64,000 nt of DNA from Mobula birostris (lineage: Eukaryota). Within the stretch, counting starts at the first letter, position 1. The number at the start of each line of letters is the position of its first letter. Made by a program: the position numbers and the translations under genes. Location: NCBI RefSeq assembly GCF_030028105.1, contig NC_092376.1, positions 109,986,230 to 110,050,229 of the forward strand, read 5' to 3'. This document shows, in pieces, positions 36,616 through 48,954 of the stretch. Below the pieces are notes generated by a model that saw only the letters and a program-made list of their open reading frames with translations, did no database searches and was not told the origin of the DNA.

Positions 36616-39124
36616 TGAAACATGAGTTAAGAGAAATTTCCAGATTATTATTTAAAGAAGGCTTTATTGCCAATTATTTTACCTTTGGATTTGTTGAACT
36701 TGGAATTCCACTTTAAGTATTTTGAACATGTAACTTTATTTTTGACATGGAAGTTAGGAAAACTCAATGCTTTTGTAGATATATAAAGTGTCACGTGGAG
36801 CTAAATCCCGAACCCTACCTAATGCCATACGAGTTGTAGCGATTCAAGAAGGCAGTCCACCACCTGAAAATTTTCTTATCAGCTATTTCTCAACAATAAA
36901 ACTAGGAAAATCCCCTACGCTTACTTCTGCTACGTCTCCCCTCCCTAATGATCAATTGTCAGTCTTATACAAAGATCAGTGGATCCCCGCAAGGTCATAT
37001 TCACGTGTGAATGAAGTTAACACTCAAAATTCTAAGGGTCCATGATTCTCCAATGAGTCTTGATAGCTATCAATAGTACCTAAATGATAACTTTTGAAAA
37101 TATAGCGAGGAGACCATTTAGCAGCCTGAAATGCAAATACTTCCCTATGATTGATCAATGTATCCATAGAGCTCAATGCTTCATTAAGCCTGTCAAATAG
37201 TTATCAGTCAAAGGCAGAACACATACAACTTCCATTTCTGTAACATCTTAATGTTGAAGAACTTTTCAAGGAGATTTCAAGGACAAGGATGATATACTGA
37301 TAGGTCCCCGGTTTGGATTAACTACTCCAGAACAGGCTGATGAATGAATCTGGGATCTTCTCGTTCTATTATCTAGTGCCTCAAAATACTAACCAGTTGA
37401 GAAATCAACATATGTCTTCTTTTACAAACAAATGTATGGAAAAAATGCACTGATGCTGTTTAAGAGAAACATCAGGGTTTTGTACAACTTAGTTGGCATT
37501 CTATTCTGTGATCTGGTAACTGTTTAAACTATTGAGGTTGCACAGTCTGAACTGTGCATTAGGAAGCCAAGGTAAACAACAAATGTGGAAAACGAGCTTC
37601 AGTTCTGAACAGCTGTGGTTGCTAATCCTGTGGCAAGCAAGAGCTTCACAAAGGAGAGAGGCTGGTAATCAAGAATGCCTCTGTCCTGATGTGAGTCGAT
37701 GATTATTTCCCCCAGAGAGCCTCAACATTGCTTCTTCTGCAGCTGAAGCCAAGGAGTAAAATAAAGTGTCAAACAAATGTAAGAGCAGAAAAAGCCACTG
37801 TGGTTCAAAAATGAAGCATTGCATGAGAGAAAGCCATCCAGTTTAACAAGCCCACTGCTTCAATGAGCCATAATTTGGTTATCTTGGCCTCTGGCCAATC
37901 CATCGAAACTCTTTGGGGGTTGAATGCTCTGCATCTTTCTCAGCCACTCACCACACTGTTTTGTTCCCAGAAATAATTTAATCTTAGTTTTAGTATTATA
38001 TTTATAGGTTTTGGAATGACTTTTAGCATAGATTTTAATTCCTTCTCCCTTCAAAGCATATTTTAAAACTGGTTTTCATTTTTGATCCTACAAGAAACAG
38101 CTCTCTATATCTTCCGCTCCTATTTTAAGGATTTTTTTTTCAAAATTATCAGTTGTTATTAGATTTCTCACAGGCATCTTAGAAAAACTGAAAATAATAA
38201 ACAGAAATTTGAAACGTTATTCAACATCTGCTTTAAAAACATGAGCCACTGATAACTATTGCCTTCACTTAGACCCAGCTTCTGTTGCTAGCTGGCCTTT
38301 TTGCCACACTTCCTCCGATTCATGCTGCGGGGAAATTGAGTTCCATTCCTAGAGTAGTGCCCTTCACTGCAGGATTCACACTGACCTCCAGTGCAAGCCC
38401 CAGAGGAGAACGGGGCAGGAACGTGGTTATGATTGGGGGCAGTAGCCGATGCCTGGCCAGGAATGGGGACATGTGTGCAGCTAGGGGCTGAAATGTCACT
38501 GAGCATGGGAGCCAATGATCAGTGTGTGGCTAAGATCAGGAGTCAGAGTGTAGGAGTGTGGCCAGCAACTCTGGAGAAGCAACTCAATGCACAGAGAAGA
38601 GGCTGTGTGTTACTTTTTCAACAGTGCTCACATGGATAATTCCAAGGTTCTACTGAAATGCCAGATCCATTCTGACCTGCTCCAGTAACCCAGTGAATCT
38701 AATGACCTCACCAACTTTCTCTTCCTCTTATATTTATCTTCTTTTTACTTGTAAGAGATTTACTTTTACTATTTCTAACCTATCTTACATATGTCTAGAA
38801 ATATTTCCATATTGTTTTCATTTCTTCGTGCTTTCCTTTCATATTTGATCTTATCTATTCTTGGCCATAGTTTGCACCTTTCCAAAATCTTCCAGTATTC
38901 CCAACCTCTTCCCTCATTTTGATTTTATTCCTTCTGTCGGTTATATGTTCATTGTTACTTCATTCCAAAATGTGTACATTAATTATTTGTCAAAGCTTTT
39001 GCAAAGCTCTTACAAAGAATGAATTGGCTTTATTTCTTACATCCTTCATCTACGTGAGGAGTAAAAACCTTTACATTATGTCTCTGTCTGAAAGTGTAAT
39101 GTGCAAATTATAGTACTTTGTAAT

Positions 39125-40465
39125 AAATAATATGTACAGTTAGATATTCAACAGAACAGTCAATGTAGCTTAGAAATACAATTGTGTCAGCGTAAATTAG
39201 TCAGCATGACGGCCTGGTGAAAGAGACTGTCCTGAAGCCTATTGGCCCTGGCTTTAATGCTGCGGTATTGTTTCCTGGATGGTAGGAGCTGGAACAGTTT
39301 GTGGTTGGGGTGACTCGGGTCCTTAGAGATCCTTCGGGCCCCTTTTATGAGCCTGTTGCTGTAAATGTCCTGAATAGTGGGAAGTTCATATTTACAGATG
39401 CACTGGGCTGTCCGCACCACTCTCTACAGAGCCCTGCGATTGAGGGAAGTACAGTTCCCGTACCAGGCAGTGATACAGCCAGTCAGGATGAATCAATTGT
39501 GCCGCTGTAGAAAGTCCTTAAGATCTGCGGACCCATACCAAACCTCTTCAACCGTCTGAGGTGAAAGAGGCGTTGTTATGCTGTTTCACCACACAGCCGG
39601 CATGTACAGACCATGTGAGATCCTCAGTGATGTGTATAACGAGGAACTTGAAACTGTTCACTCTCTCAACCCCAGGCCCATTGACATCAATAGAGGTTAG
39701 CCTGTCTCTGTTCCTCCTGTAATTCACAACCAGCTCCTTTGTTTTTGCAACAGTGGGGGAAAGGTTGTTTTCTTGACACCACAGTATCATAGCGATGACT
39801 TCTTCTCTGTAGGCTGTCTTGTTATTATTTGAAATAAGGCCAATCAATGTAGTATCATCTGCAAATGTAATTAGCATATTGGAGCTGTGAGTGGCGACAC
39901 AGTCTTGGGTGTACAGAGAGTAAAGGAGGGGGGTAGAGATGAGGGAGCCCACTCTTACCACCTGCCGGCAATCTGACAGAAAGTCCACAATCCGGTTACA
40001 CAAGGCAGGGTGAAGGCCGAGGTCTCAGAGCTTCTTGTTGAGCCTGGATAGAATTATGGTGTTGAATGCTGTACGGTAGTCCAAGTACAGCATTCTCATA
40101 TAATCATCCCTATTCTCCAGATGTGTAAGGATGGTGCGCAGAGCTGTGGCTATTGCATCATCTGCCGATCGGTTGTGTCGGTAGGCAAATCATAGGGGTC
40201 CAGTGTGGGTGGTGGCAAGTTGCAGATGTAGACCCTGACCAGCCTTTCAAAGCATTTTCTTATTATTGAGGTGAGTGTGACAGGATGCCAGTCGTTCAGA
40301 AATGTTTCCTCGGTCTTCTTAGGTACTGAGACAATGGTGGATGTTTTGAAGCAGGAGGGCACTCGACACTGGGAGAGGGCGAGATTAAGAACGTCTGCAA
40401 ACACACCTGTTGGTTGTGCCATGCACACCCTGAGTCCCTGCCCTGGGATGCCGTCCGGTCCCACA
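39125..40465 (-). mobile_element. Rex1/Babar-clade LINE RT region
   Basis: GPDGIPG..VPSCFKTSTIV..PVTLTSIIRKCFERLV, PLLYSLYTQDC..FADDTTLIGLI..KTKELVV, DPSHPNHKLFQLLPS. Confidence 0.92.
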
Positions 40466-40469
40466 GAAT

Positions 40470-41530
40470 TTCAGAATGCGACAAGAAGTCCGGATATAAC
40501 CAACAGAAAGCAACGGTGAGGGCAACATGGCAATTCCACATGAAGTTAGAAACTCAATCAGATGCACCGCAACTGTGGAAGGGTTTGTATGCCACTACTT
40601 AGATCTAGCAAAACTTAAAAGCATAGGTGGCTGTGATGCTTCACTCCCAGATGAGCTCAATGCCTTTTACGCATACTTTCAAAGGAAGAATAACACTACA
40701 ACTCCCCACAGCATCCAGTGACCCTGTGATTTCCATCTTAGAGGCCGATGTCAGGTCATCCTTCAAGAGAGTGAACCCTTGCAAGGCTCAGGCTCTGATG
40801 GCGTACCTGGCCAGGTACTGAAAACCAGAGCTGACCAACTGGCTGCAGTATTCAGAGATATCTTCAGCCCCTCTCTGCTTCAAAAGGACATCAGTCACAC
40901 CGCTGCCCAAGAATCGCATGGCTATCACCCGGTAGCACTCACATCGACTGAGCTGAGGTGCTTTGAGCTTCTGTACCTCGTTCTGAACCTGGAACCTTTA
41001 CTGTCGACTTCTTTATTGGGAAACCACTGCAGGATGAAATCAAAGAGGGAACAAGAGAACCAACTACTAACAAGCTTCTACAGATGCACTGCAGAAAGTA
41101 TTCATCATGGCCCGACACTGCAATTCCAATGCACAGGTATGCAAGACGCTGCAGAGAGTAGTGGGCACTGCCTGGTCCTTCTCAGGCAGAGCCCTCCCAC
41201 CATCAAGAGCAAATACGGGAGGCCATGCCTCAAGAAGGCGGCATCTGTCAGAGGCTACATTCCTAAAACCATCAGGTTTTTGAACTGACCTGGACGACTC
41301 TAGCCCGACCTCAGCAATGGAACAGTATGGTTCACCCCTTGCACTACAATGGCCTTATTTCCAATTGGGCTCTTGCATTAGCATCTCATTTTCCATTTTT
41401 CTTACTGTCTTGTATAACTTATGTAAAATTTATGCTCTTTGTGTTGTCTAAATGTACGATGCTGCTTCTAGTTTTTCTACCTCTGTCTGACCATTCTTGT
41501 TCATGTGACAACAAGCTCGACTGGACCTGA
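40470..41530 (+). mobile_element. Second Rex1/Babar LINE with multiple internal deletions
   Basis: DASLPDELNAFYAYF, GSDGVPGQVLK..DQLAAVFRDIF, YHPVALTS, SFYRCTAES, CLKKAAS. Confidence 0.85.
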
Positions 41531-44370
41531 CAAGTAGTAAGCAAAGTGTTAATTTCATTGTCGATGTAACTATAATGTTCAATATATGTTGCCAAGTTGT
41601 CCTTGGCTCAAAATAAAGTGAAGACAGGAACATAAAACATGAGACGTTAGGCCAAGTGACCAAAAGATTCCTCAGAGGGTTAAATCTTAAGGGGTGACTT
41701 CAAGGAAGGAAAAGGGAAAGTGATAGAGGCAATGAGGTTCAAGAAGCAGTTTCAAAGCTCAATGCTTTGACGTCTGAAGACACAACCATCAGTGGACTGA
41801 ATTTACTGAAAGCTGGAGGGGCTACAGGATTCTTGAAACTATTAAAAGCTGTATTCATGATTAGAGTTATTTACAGGAGGAAGTGTTGAGCAGTACAAAT
41901 AGAGCAGTTTACAAAGGTTCACGGGGTTAATTTAAATCCAGCCTAACAAGAGCCCTAGAAAATTACTTGCAGAATTTGATGAATGACCCTCGGAAACAAA
42001 TAGCAATTTTGTTCCTCATCAAAAACACAAGCTTTCTTTCCCCCAAAGAGTGGCTTATAGAGTAACATCTCATATGATTAATTCCAGGCACAAACAATAT
42101 CCTAAAGTGGCAGTATTATCATCTTTAGCTAACTCCACAGAAACTATCTATTCAGCATATTTTCATTGCAATGTCACGAGGTTGCCCGCAGAAGTGCGGT
42201 CATACTTTGGCAATAAGTATATCCGCTGCAGACCATTTTTTATCTTTGTCATTAAAACCCTTAAGAGGCTCAAATCATTAGATGTTCTGAGTACAATGGT
42301 GACACTGCCCTTTCAAGACTTTTCTGACTTTCTTTTTGGCATCTGATACAAAAAAGTACTACCTTGTAGGTCTCTCCAACACATGGCTAGAGCAACTGAA
42401 TGCCCTGATTATACAGTTACACATCTATCTAAAAGCAAGGACAGAAGAGGAAGGGGTCAACAAACTAAACTTTCTCAGGTGGTGCACAACACGTGTCTGC
42501 AGAGAAAAAAAACCTCCAAGAGTTTTACTTCTGCATAAGATGATCAGATTAGATCACCATTCGGTCATATTTGTTTCAAAGGGGAAAACCAAAATACAGA
42601 AACCGTGCAGCAGATGTGAGGACCCCATCTTATCAGCTTGAAAGCATCAAAATTATTGCCAGCAGCTAAAAAGAGAGAATGTGAAGCATTTGCTGGAATC
42701 ACTGCTAGGTGCGGAGTGATGCTGGAATTATTTATTAATGCCTCTCATTTGATTCATCCGTTTTTCTTTCTGTCATGAAGGGCTGTGAAAACTAAAAGGC
42801 TGATGATGCTATTCAGATGTTAGTAAAGTAGACTGAGAAACAAGCTTTTCGTTCCTGTGACATTCACTTCCATTCTCATCACAATTTCAAAAGATTTCTA
42901 AAACTCAGTCGAAGCTGTTTGAAAGCAAATCTGGAAAAAGGCCTTCAAGTGAGAGCATTGCACATTAGACTGGCTTATTTTTATAAGGTACTTTGCCAAA
43001 GTGAAGATAACATTCTAATTTCAGCAAAGTCGCACTAGTTTGCACACATCAAATAGTAACTGAGAAGAATCATTAGTTCATCAGTTCAAAGACTTGCTGT
43101 TTGTGGGTGTAACACTGGCAAGGACTTAGGAAAAAATTCTTCAAAGATTTCCATGACATGCTTTTTATTCTCCCAGATAGGCCATGGCTAAATGCCTGAT
43201 GCGATAAGAAAGTCTCTACGTTCTGTACCGGTAAGTTACTCTAGATTTTGTGAGATCTTTGGAACGATGCCTGAGCCACGAGACACAATGACCAAATTAC
43301 TGGTAATAGATACAACATTAAATGAGGGAAGAGAAGAGCAACTAAACCTGACGAGCAGGTACTTGACAGAGAAGTAGCAATATCTGCTTTGGCATTTTCT
43401 ACAGTTGATATATGCACCCATTTATTTTAATTAACAGTGTCTCAAAGCCAAAGAGAGATACAGTGCCGAAATAGCCCTCTGAGTCTGTGCCAGTGATGAT
43501 CTACCCATTCACACTAACACTACTCTTAGCAATTTGTTTATACCTCTGACATTCTCAACAATTTCCCTTGGATATTGCCACCCACTGCCAAACTAAACCA
43601 CCCACCAGTATTTGCTTGGAATGTGAGAGGGAACTCATGTGATCACATACAAATTCTACACAGACAACACCTGAGGTCAGGATCGAATCCAGGTTTCTGT
43701 GGTGACTCCAACTACCCTACTGGGTTGCTTGACCCAGAATGTGGTGTCCCAGCTAAGCATGATCTTCAGAACATGAGAAGCAGGAGCAGCAACAGGCTAT
43801 CACCCCCTCGCGTTTGCTTATTAAAATAAGCACCATTTTCCGGCAAGGCCTTTGTGATTTCCAGAAATCTATCAATCTTCGCTTTGATTGAACACAGTGA
43901 CTGTGCCTCCACAGTATTCTAGAGGGGAATACTTCAAATGTTCACCATCACCCCCAAGTGAGGAAATGTATCCTAATTTTAGTCCCTCGTGGTCTGCCTT
44001 GTATTTTGGAACTGTGCCCTCCTAGTCCCAGACCCTTCAGCCAGGGGAAACATTCTCTTTATGGGTTGAGCATCCAATGATCTTAAGTCCAAACCAGCAG
44101 GATGTCAAAAGATAAACAGTTTAAACAAACTCCAACCAGGCAACATGAAGCTTCTGTATTGATGGCTTTAAATATATCACAGGGGTAATCCATTTGAAAG
44201 CTGAAGACTGTGCTATCTCAATCTAGTGTGAATGAAGCCGTAGTGATTATTCACTGAGAAAAGCCACTCAGACATGAGTCATACAATTATACTGCATGGA
44301 ATGAGGCCTTTCCGCCCATCAATTCTTCAGCAAATGTCACATCAATCCTAAAGTAGCACCAATTTATACT

Positions 44371-44594
44371 ATACACATCAAAGTTGCTGGTAAACGCAGC
44401 AGGCCAGGCAGCATCTATTGGAAGAGTTTCAGTCGACGTTTCAGGCCGAGACCCTTCGTCTAGTCCTGAGGAAGGGTCTGGGCCTGAAACGTCGACTGAA
44501 ACTCTTCCAATAGATGCTGCCTGGCCTGCTGCGTTTACCAGCAACTTTGATGTGTGTTGCTTGAATTTCCAGCATCTGCAGAATTCCTGTTGTT
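44371..44594 (+). mobile_element. Penelope-derived palindromic element, best-preserved copy
   Basis: Near-perfect inverted repeat 44373-44555, tail atttccagcatctgcag, exact 13-bp TSD accaatttatact at 44358-44370 and 44595-44607. Confidence 0.92.
44462..44497 (+). ncRNA. Minimal type I hammerhead ribozyme motif (putative)
   Basis: Stem I AGUC/GACU; core CUGAGGA (44466-44472); stem II AGG/CCU; GAAA (44486-44489); C-GUC with predicted cleavage after 44493; stem III reduced to the palindrome ACGU. Confidence 0.65.
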
Positions 44595-44789
44595 ACCAAT
44601 TTATACTCCCCACATTCTCATCAGCTCTCCTGAGGTTCATGTGGATTACAAGTGTAAGCTCTGGTGATGGCTGCAATTTCTTTGAAAGGGCCCGAGCAGA
44701 ATGCAAGAAGAATGGAAGTAATGAGAAAATTGTTTAGACTAAATACCCCACTATGATAAAAGAAATCCACACTGAACAACATTTATATA

Positions 44790-46379
44790 CAGTGGCATGC
44801 AAAAGTTTGGGCACCCCTGGTCAAAATTTCTGTTACTGTGAATAGTTAAGTGAGTAGAAGATGAACTGATTTTCAAAAGTCATAAAGTTAAAGATGAAAC
44901 ATTCTTTTCAACATTTTAATCAAGATTAGTGTACTATTTTTGTTTTGTACAATTTTAGAGTGAAAAAAGGAAAGGAACACCATGTAAAAGTTTGGGCACC
45001 CCAAGAGATTTATTTGATCTCTCAGATAACTTTTACCAAGGTCTCAGACCTTAATTAGCTTGTTAAGGCTGTGGCTTGTTCACAGTCATCATTAGGAAAG
45101 GCCAGGTGATGCAAATTTCAAAGCTTTGTAAATACCCTGACTCCTCAAACCTTGTCCCAACAACCAGCAGCCATGGGCTCCTCTAAGCAGCTGTCTAGCA
45201 CTCTGAAACTTAAAATAAATGACGCCACAAAGCAGGAGAAGGCTATAAGAAGATAGTAAAGTGTTTTCAGGTAGCCGTTTCCTCAGTTCATAATGTAATT
45301 AAGAAATGGCAGTTAATAGGAACAGTGGAGGTCAAGTTGAGGTCTGGAAGACCAAGAAAACTTTCTGAGAGAACTGTTCATAGGATTGCTAGAAAGGCAA
45401 ATCAAAACTCCCGTTTGACTGCAAAAGACCTTCGGGAAGATTTAGCAGACTCTGGAATGGTGGTGCACTGTTCTACTGTGCAGCGACACCTGCACAAATA
45501 TGACCTTCATGGAAGAGAAATCAAAAGAAAACCTTTTCTGCGTCCTCACCACAAAATTCAGCATCAGAAGTTTGCAAGGGAGCATCTAAACAAGCCTGAT
45601 GCATTTTGGAAACAAGTCCTGTGGACTGATGAAGTTCAAACAGAACTTTTTGGCCACAATGAGCATAGGTATGTTTGGAGAAAAAAGGGTGCAGAATTTC
45701 ATGAAAAGAACACCTCCTTTGGGCTAGTGTTGCAGCCAGTGGCACAGGGAACATTCCACTGGTAGAGGGAAGAATGAATTCAATTAAATACCAGCAAATT
45801 CTGGAAGCAAACATCACATCGTCTGTAAAAAAGCTGAAGATGAAAAGAAGATGGTTTCTACAACAGGATAATGATCCGAAACACATTTCAAAATCCATAA
45901 TGGACTACCTCAAGAGCCACAAGCTGAAGGTTTTGCCATGGCCCTCACAGTCCCCTGACCTAAACATCATCGAAAATCTGTGGATAGAACTCAAAAGAGC
46001 AGTGCATGCAAGATGGCCCAAGAATCTCACAGAACTAGAAGCCTTTTGCAAGGAAGAATGGGCGAAAATCCCCCAAATAAGAATTGAAAGACTCTTAGCT
46101 GGCTACGGAAAGCGTTTACAAGCTGTGATACTTGCCAAAGGGGGTGTTACTAAGTACTGCCATGCAGGGTGCCCAAATTTTTGCTTTGGGCACTTTTCCT
46201 TTTTTGTTATTTTAAAACTGTAAAAGATGGAAATAAAAAAGTAATCTTGCTTAAAATATTAAAGAAATGTGTCATCTTTAACTTTATACCTTTTGGAAAT
46301 CAGGTCATCTTTTATTCGCTAGGCTATTCACAGTAACAGAAATTTTGACCAGGGGTGCCCAAACTTTTGCATGCCACTG
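44790..46379 (+). mobile_element. Full-length Tc1 (DD34E-type) transposon with IR/DR ends
   Basis: TA on both flanks; first 56 bp of the TIRs identical (cagtggcatgcaaaagtttgggcacccc...), similarity extends about 210 bp, with an inner copy of the terminal motif at about 44981-45002 and 46166-46185. Confidence 0.97.
45173..46160 (+). pseudogene. Tc1 transposase pseudogene
   Basis: MGSSKQL..GEGYKKI..GRPRKL..VLWTDE..QDNDPKH..SPDLNIIENLW..GGVTKY; frameshift at about 45227, and a deletion at about 45717 removes the usual TVKHGGG segment. Confidence 0.93.
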
Positions 46380-47414
46380 TAGACATGGCTTTGATTCTCT
46401 CTCTGGTAGTTATAAATTACTCAAGTTTCACACCTGAGATGTGAATCACTTAATTAAGTTTCAATCTGTAACTCACTCCCAGATTTTACTTTATCGATAT
46501 TTCAGCTTCTCAATTATATTACAACTGAATAGAAGTACTCCTGTGTATTCATCCTGGAGCATAAACATGATTTGAAACCCTCAATTAGATTCCAGCTTGA
46601 ACTCGAACCCCAGATGGCCGTTATTTCTCATTGGCTGCAAAGCATTTTGGGATGTGCTGAGGTCATTAAGGGTGCTGCACAAATTGAAATTCTTTCCTTG
46701 CATATACATATATATGCAGGAAAAATCTGCAGCATGTGAACTGCGAGACAAAGCCCAATCCTTGCAGAGCACAAGCCTGAATAACATTGGCAGAGGGCAA
46801 TGGAATATTTCATCCCAAAGAAATTACTTTCATTGGCTTTTAGTTCTCTCAATATCTTGAAGGATTTGAAATAAGAGCACAACCTAACAAAGCTTTTGAT
46901 AGGACTAATGTTTTATTTCTATTTCATTGCACTGACTGTATGGGAAACACGGGGTTAAACTAAAGCAAATTTCAGAATTAGCATAATCATTTATTCTTGT
47001 CCATTAACGTTGACATGTCATTCATTACAGACTCTAAATCCAGTGACAGCATGGAATGAACAATCCTTAAAAAGCCTTCACTTGATTTCAAAATGGTCCT
47101 TTCCTTTACCTTCCCTTTGACATTCAATTTAATGCGCGACAGATTAATAAATGAGATGGAAGCGTGTCATAATTGACCACTGTATTGTTCTCTCCTAAAG
47201 AAATCTCTCTTGGAAAGTGGAAACACTTTAAGTCTGTGACACTTATGCAGGCGGAGGTCCTGATGGATTTTTGTTCTTTATGGAAAATAATACATTTTAT
47301 ACTTATATTCCTGTCATTAAGTCATACAGCAAGGAAACAGATCCTTCAAGCCTACTGAGACTGTGCTGACTATTGAGCACTAAATTATACTGATACTTCC
47401 TTTTTTTTTAATTC

Positions 47415-47705
47415 GTTGTTTATTTAATGGCATGCAGTGTTGCAGTGCTGTGTAGGACCTTTTGGTCCTTTGAGCCACACTGTTCAACAACCCCCCCAAT
47501 TTAATCCTAGCCTCATCATGGAACAATTTACAACAACCAAATAACCTACCAACCGGTACACCTTGGGACTGTGAGAGGAAACCGGAGACCCAGAGGAAAC
47601 GCACGTGGTCACGGGCTGAACATACAAACTCCTTACAGCCAGCAGCAGGAATTGAACCTGGGTCTCCTGTACGGTAACGGATTGTGCTAACCATTATGCT
47701 ACCAT
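47415..47705 (-). mobile_element. tRNA-derived V-SINE (HE1-like)
   Basis: Reverse complement of the 10587/36335 family (ggtagcataatggttagcac..ggttcaattcc..taaggagtttgtatg). Confidence 0.8.
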
Positions 47706-47744
47706 ATCAGCCATTTCACACTGCGTTTCCATCATCTCCCCCCA

Positions 47745-47960
47745 GATTCTATCAGTCAGAGGGACTCTGGGGCAATATACAGTGGCAAATTTACCTACCA
47801 GTTCATACGTCTTTGTGATGTAGAGGACCTGGGGAAACTCAGGAAGCCACAGAAAGAAGGTGCAAACTCCACACAATCAGCATCGGAGGTCAGGACTGAA
47901 CCCAGCTCACAGGATCTGTGCGGCAGCAGCTGTTCCAGCTATGCTACAGTGCCACCCCAT
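47745..47960 (-). mobile_element. V-SINE-like element, second subfamily
   Basis: Minus head ggggtggcactgtagcatagc..gggttcagtcctgacc..gtggagtttgcac. Confidence 0.65.
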
Positions 47961-48214
47961 AATAAAATAATACTGTCCCTTGCAACTCCTGACAAATTCC
48001 GTGCTGTTTAGAAAACAAAGAATCCGTACAGTACTGAAGCAAAGCAAATACGTTGAGGAAAGCAGACTAATGTACTTCACCTTTAAAAAATGTCCCTTTT
48101 TATGGTATTCTTATCACAGTTCTCTGTTGGTATTAGCTGTGGGCTATCAGTAATGTTCTTGCCTCTAACTTAGGTGGGTCTGAATTCAGCACACCAGAGA
48201 CTCAGTCATATAAT

Positions 48215-48510
48215 AAAGAACCAGGCCCTTAGTCGCACCGTCCATGCAACTTATCAAGTTCCTATCTGAACTAATCAATTTGCCAGCACTTGATCACTTT
48301 TCTTCTATGCCTTGACCTTTCAAGCGCTCATCTAGATACTCCTAAATCATGAGGTTTTCTGCCTCCACCACCTCTTCAAGCAATGCATTCCAGATTCCAG
48401 CTGCCCTCAGGCTGAAAACAAAACCTTCCTCAGATTGTCTCCACATTGTTTACTGCTTACTTGTAATCTATGCCCTCTAGGTTTGACACTTCTTCTGTGG
48501 GGAAAGGTGG
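48215..48510 (-). mobile_element. CR1 3' end, decayed
   Basis: gcctccaccacc..gcattccaga..aaccttcctc..atgccctctag matches the minus-strand CR1 ends at 17334 and 28899. Confidence 0.6.
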
Positions 48511-48544
48511 TTGACTGCCTATTAATGCCTCTCGATGCCATCTA

Positions 48545-48954
48545 GGCTAACATCGACACAGCACTGTTGCAGGAAAGTTGCTTCCATTATCAGGGACTCC
48601 CACCACATAGGCCATGCTCTGTTTTCGCTGTGCTATCAGGAAGGAGGTACAGGAGCCTCACAACTCACACCACCAGGTTCAGGAACAGTTATTACACCTA
48701 AACCATCCGGCTCTTGAACCGGGGGGATAACTTCACTCACCCCATCACCAAACTGTTCCCACAACCTTTGCACTGACTTTCAAAAACTGTTCATCTCATG
48801 CTCTTGATATTTATTTATTTACTTTTTGTTTGTATTTGCACAGTTGGTTGTCTTGCACATTGCTTGCTTATCCATCCTGAGGGTGCAGTCTTTCATAGTG
48901 ATTCTTGAATTTACTATGCATGCCACAAGAAAATGAATCTCAAGAGTTGTATAC
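48545..48954 (+). mobile_element. Rex1-like 3' end split by CR1 (continues at 51775-51822)
   Basis: CCRKVASIIRDSHHIGHALFS; the UTR breaks at gttgtatac and resumes as tatacggtgacat..tttgaacttt. Confidence 0.85.

Noticed and set aside
39125-41530. Head-to-head Rex1 segments as a single twin-primed inversion
   Set aside because: Both halves contain the same G(P/S)DG(I/V)PG region and their own 3' ends and are divergent, so they are two independent insertions.
44287-44737. Two opposite ORFs with identical N-termini (MLVNAAGQAASIGR)
   Set aside because: Artefact of the inverted repeat; no coding evidence.
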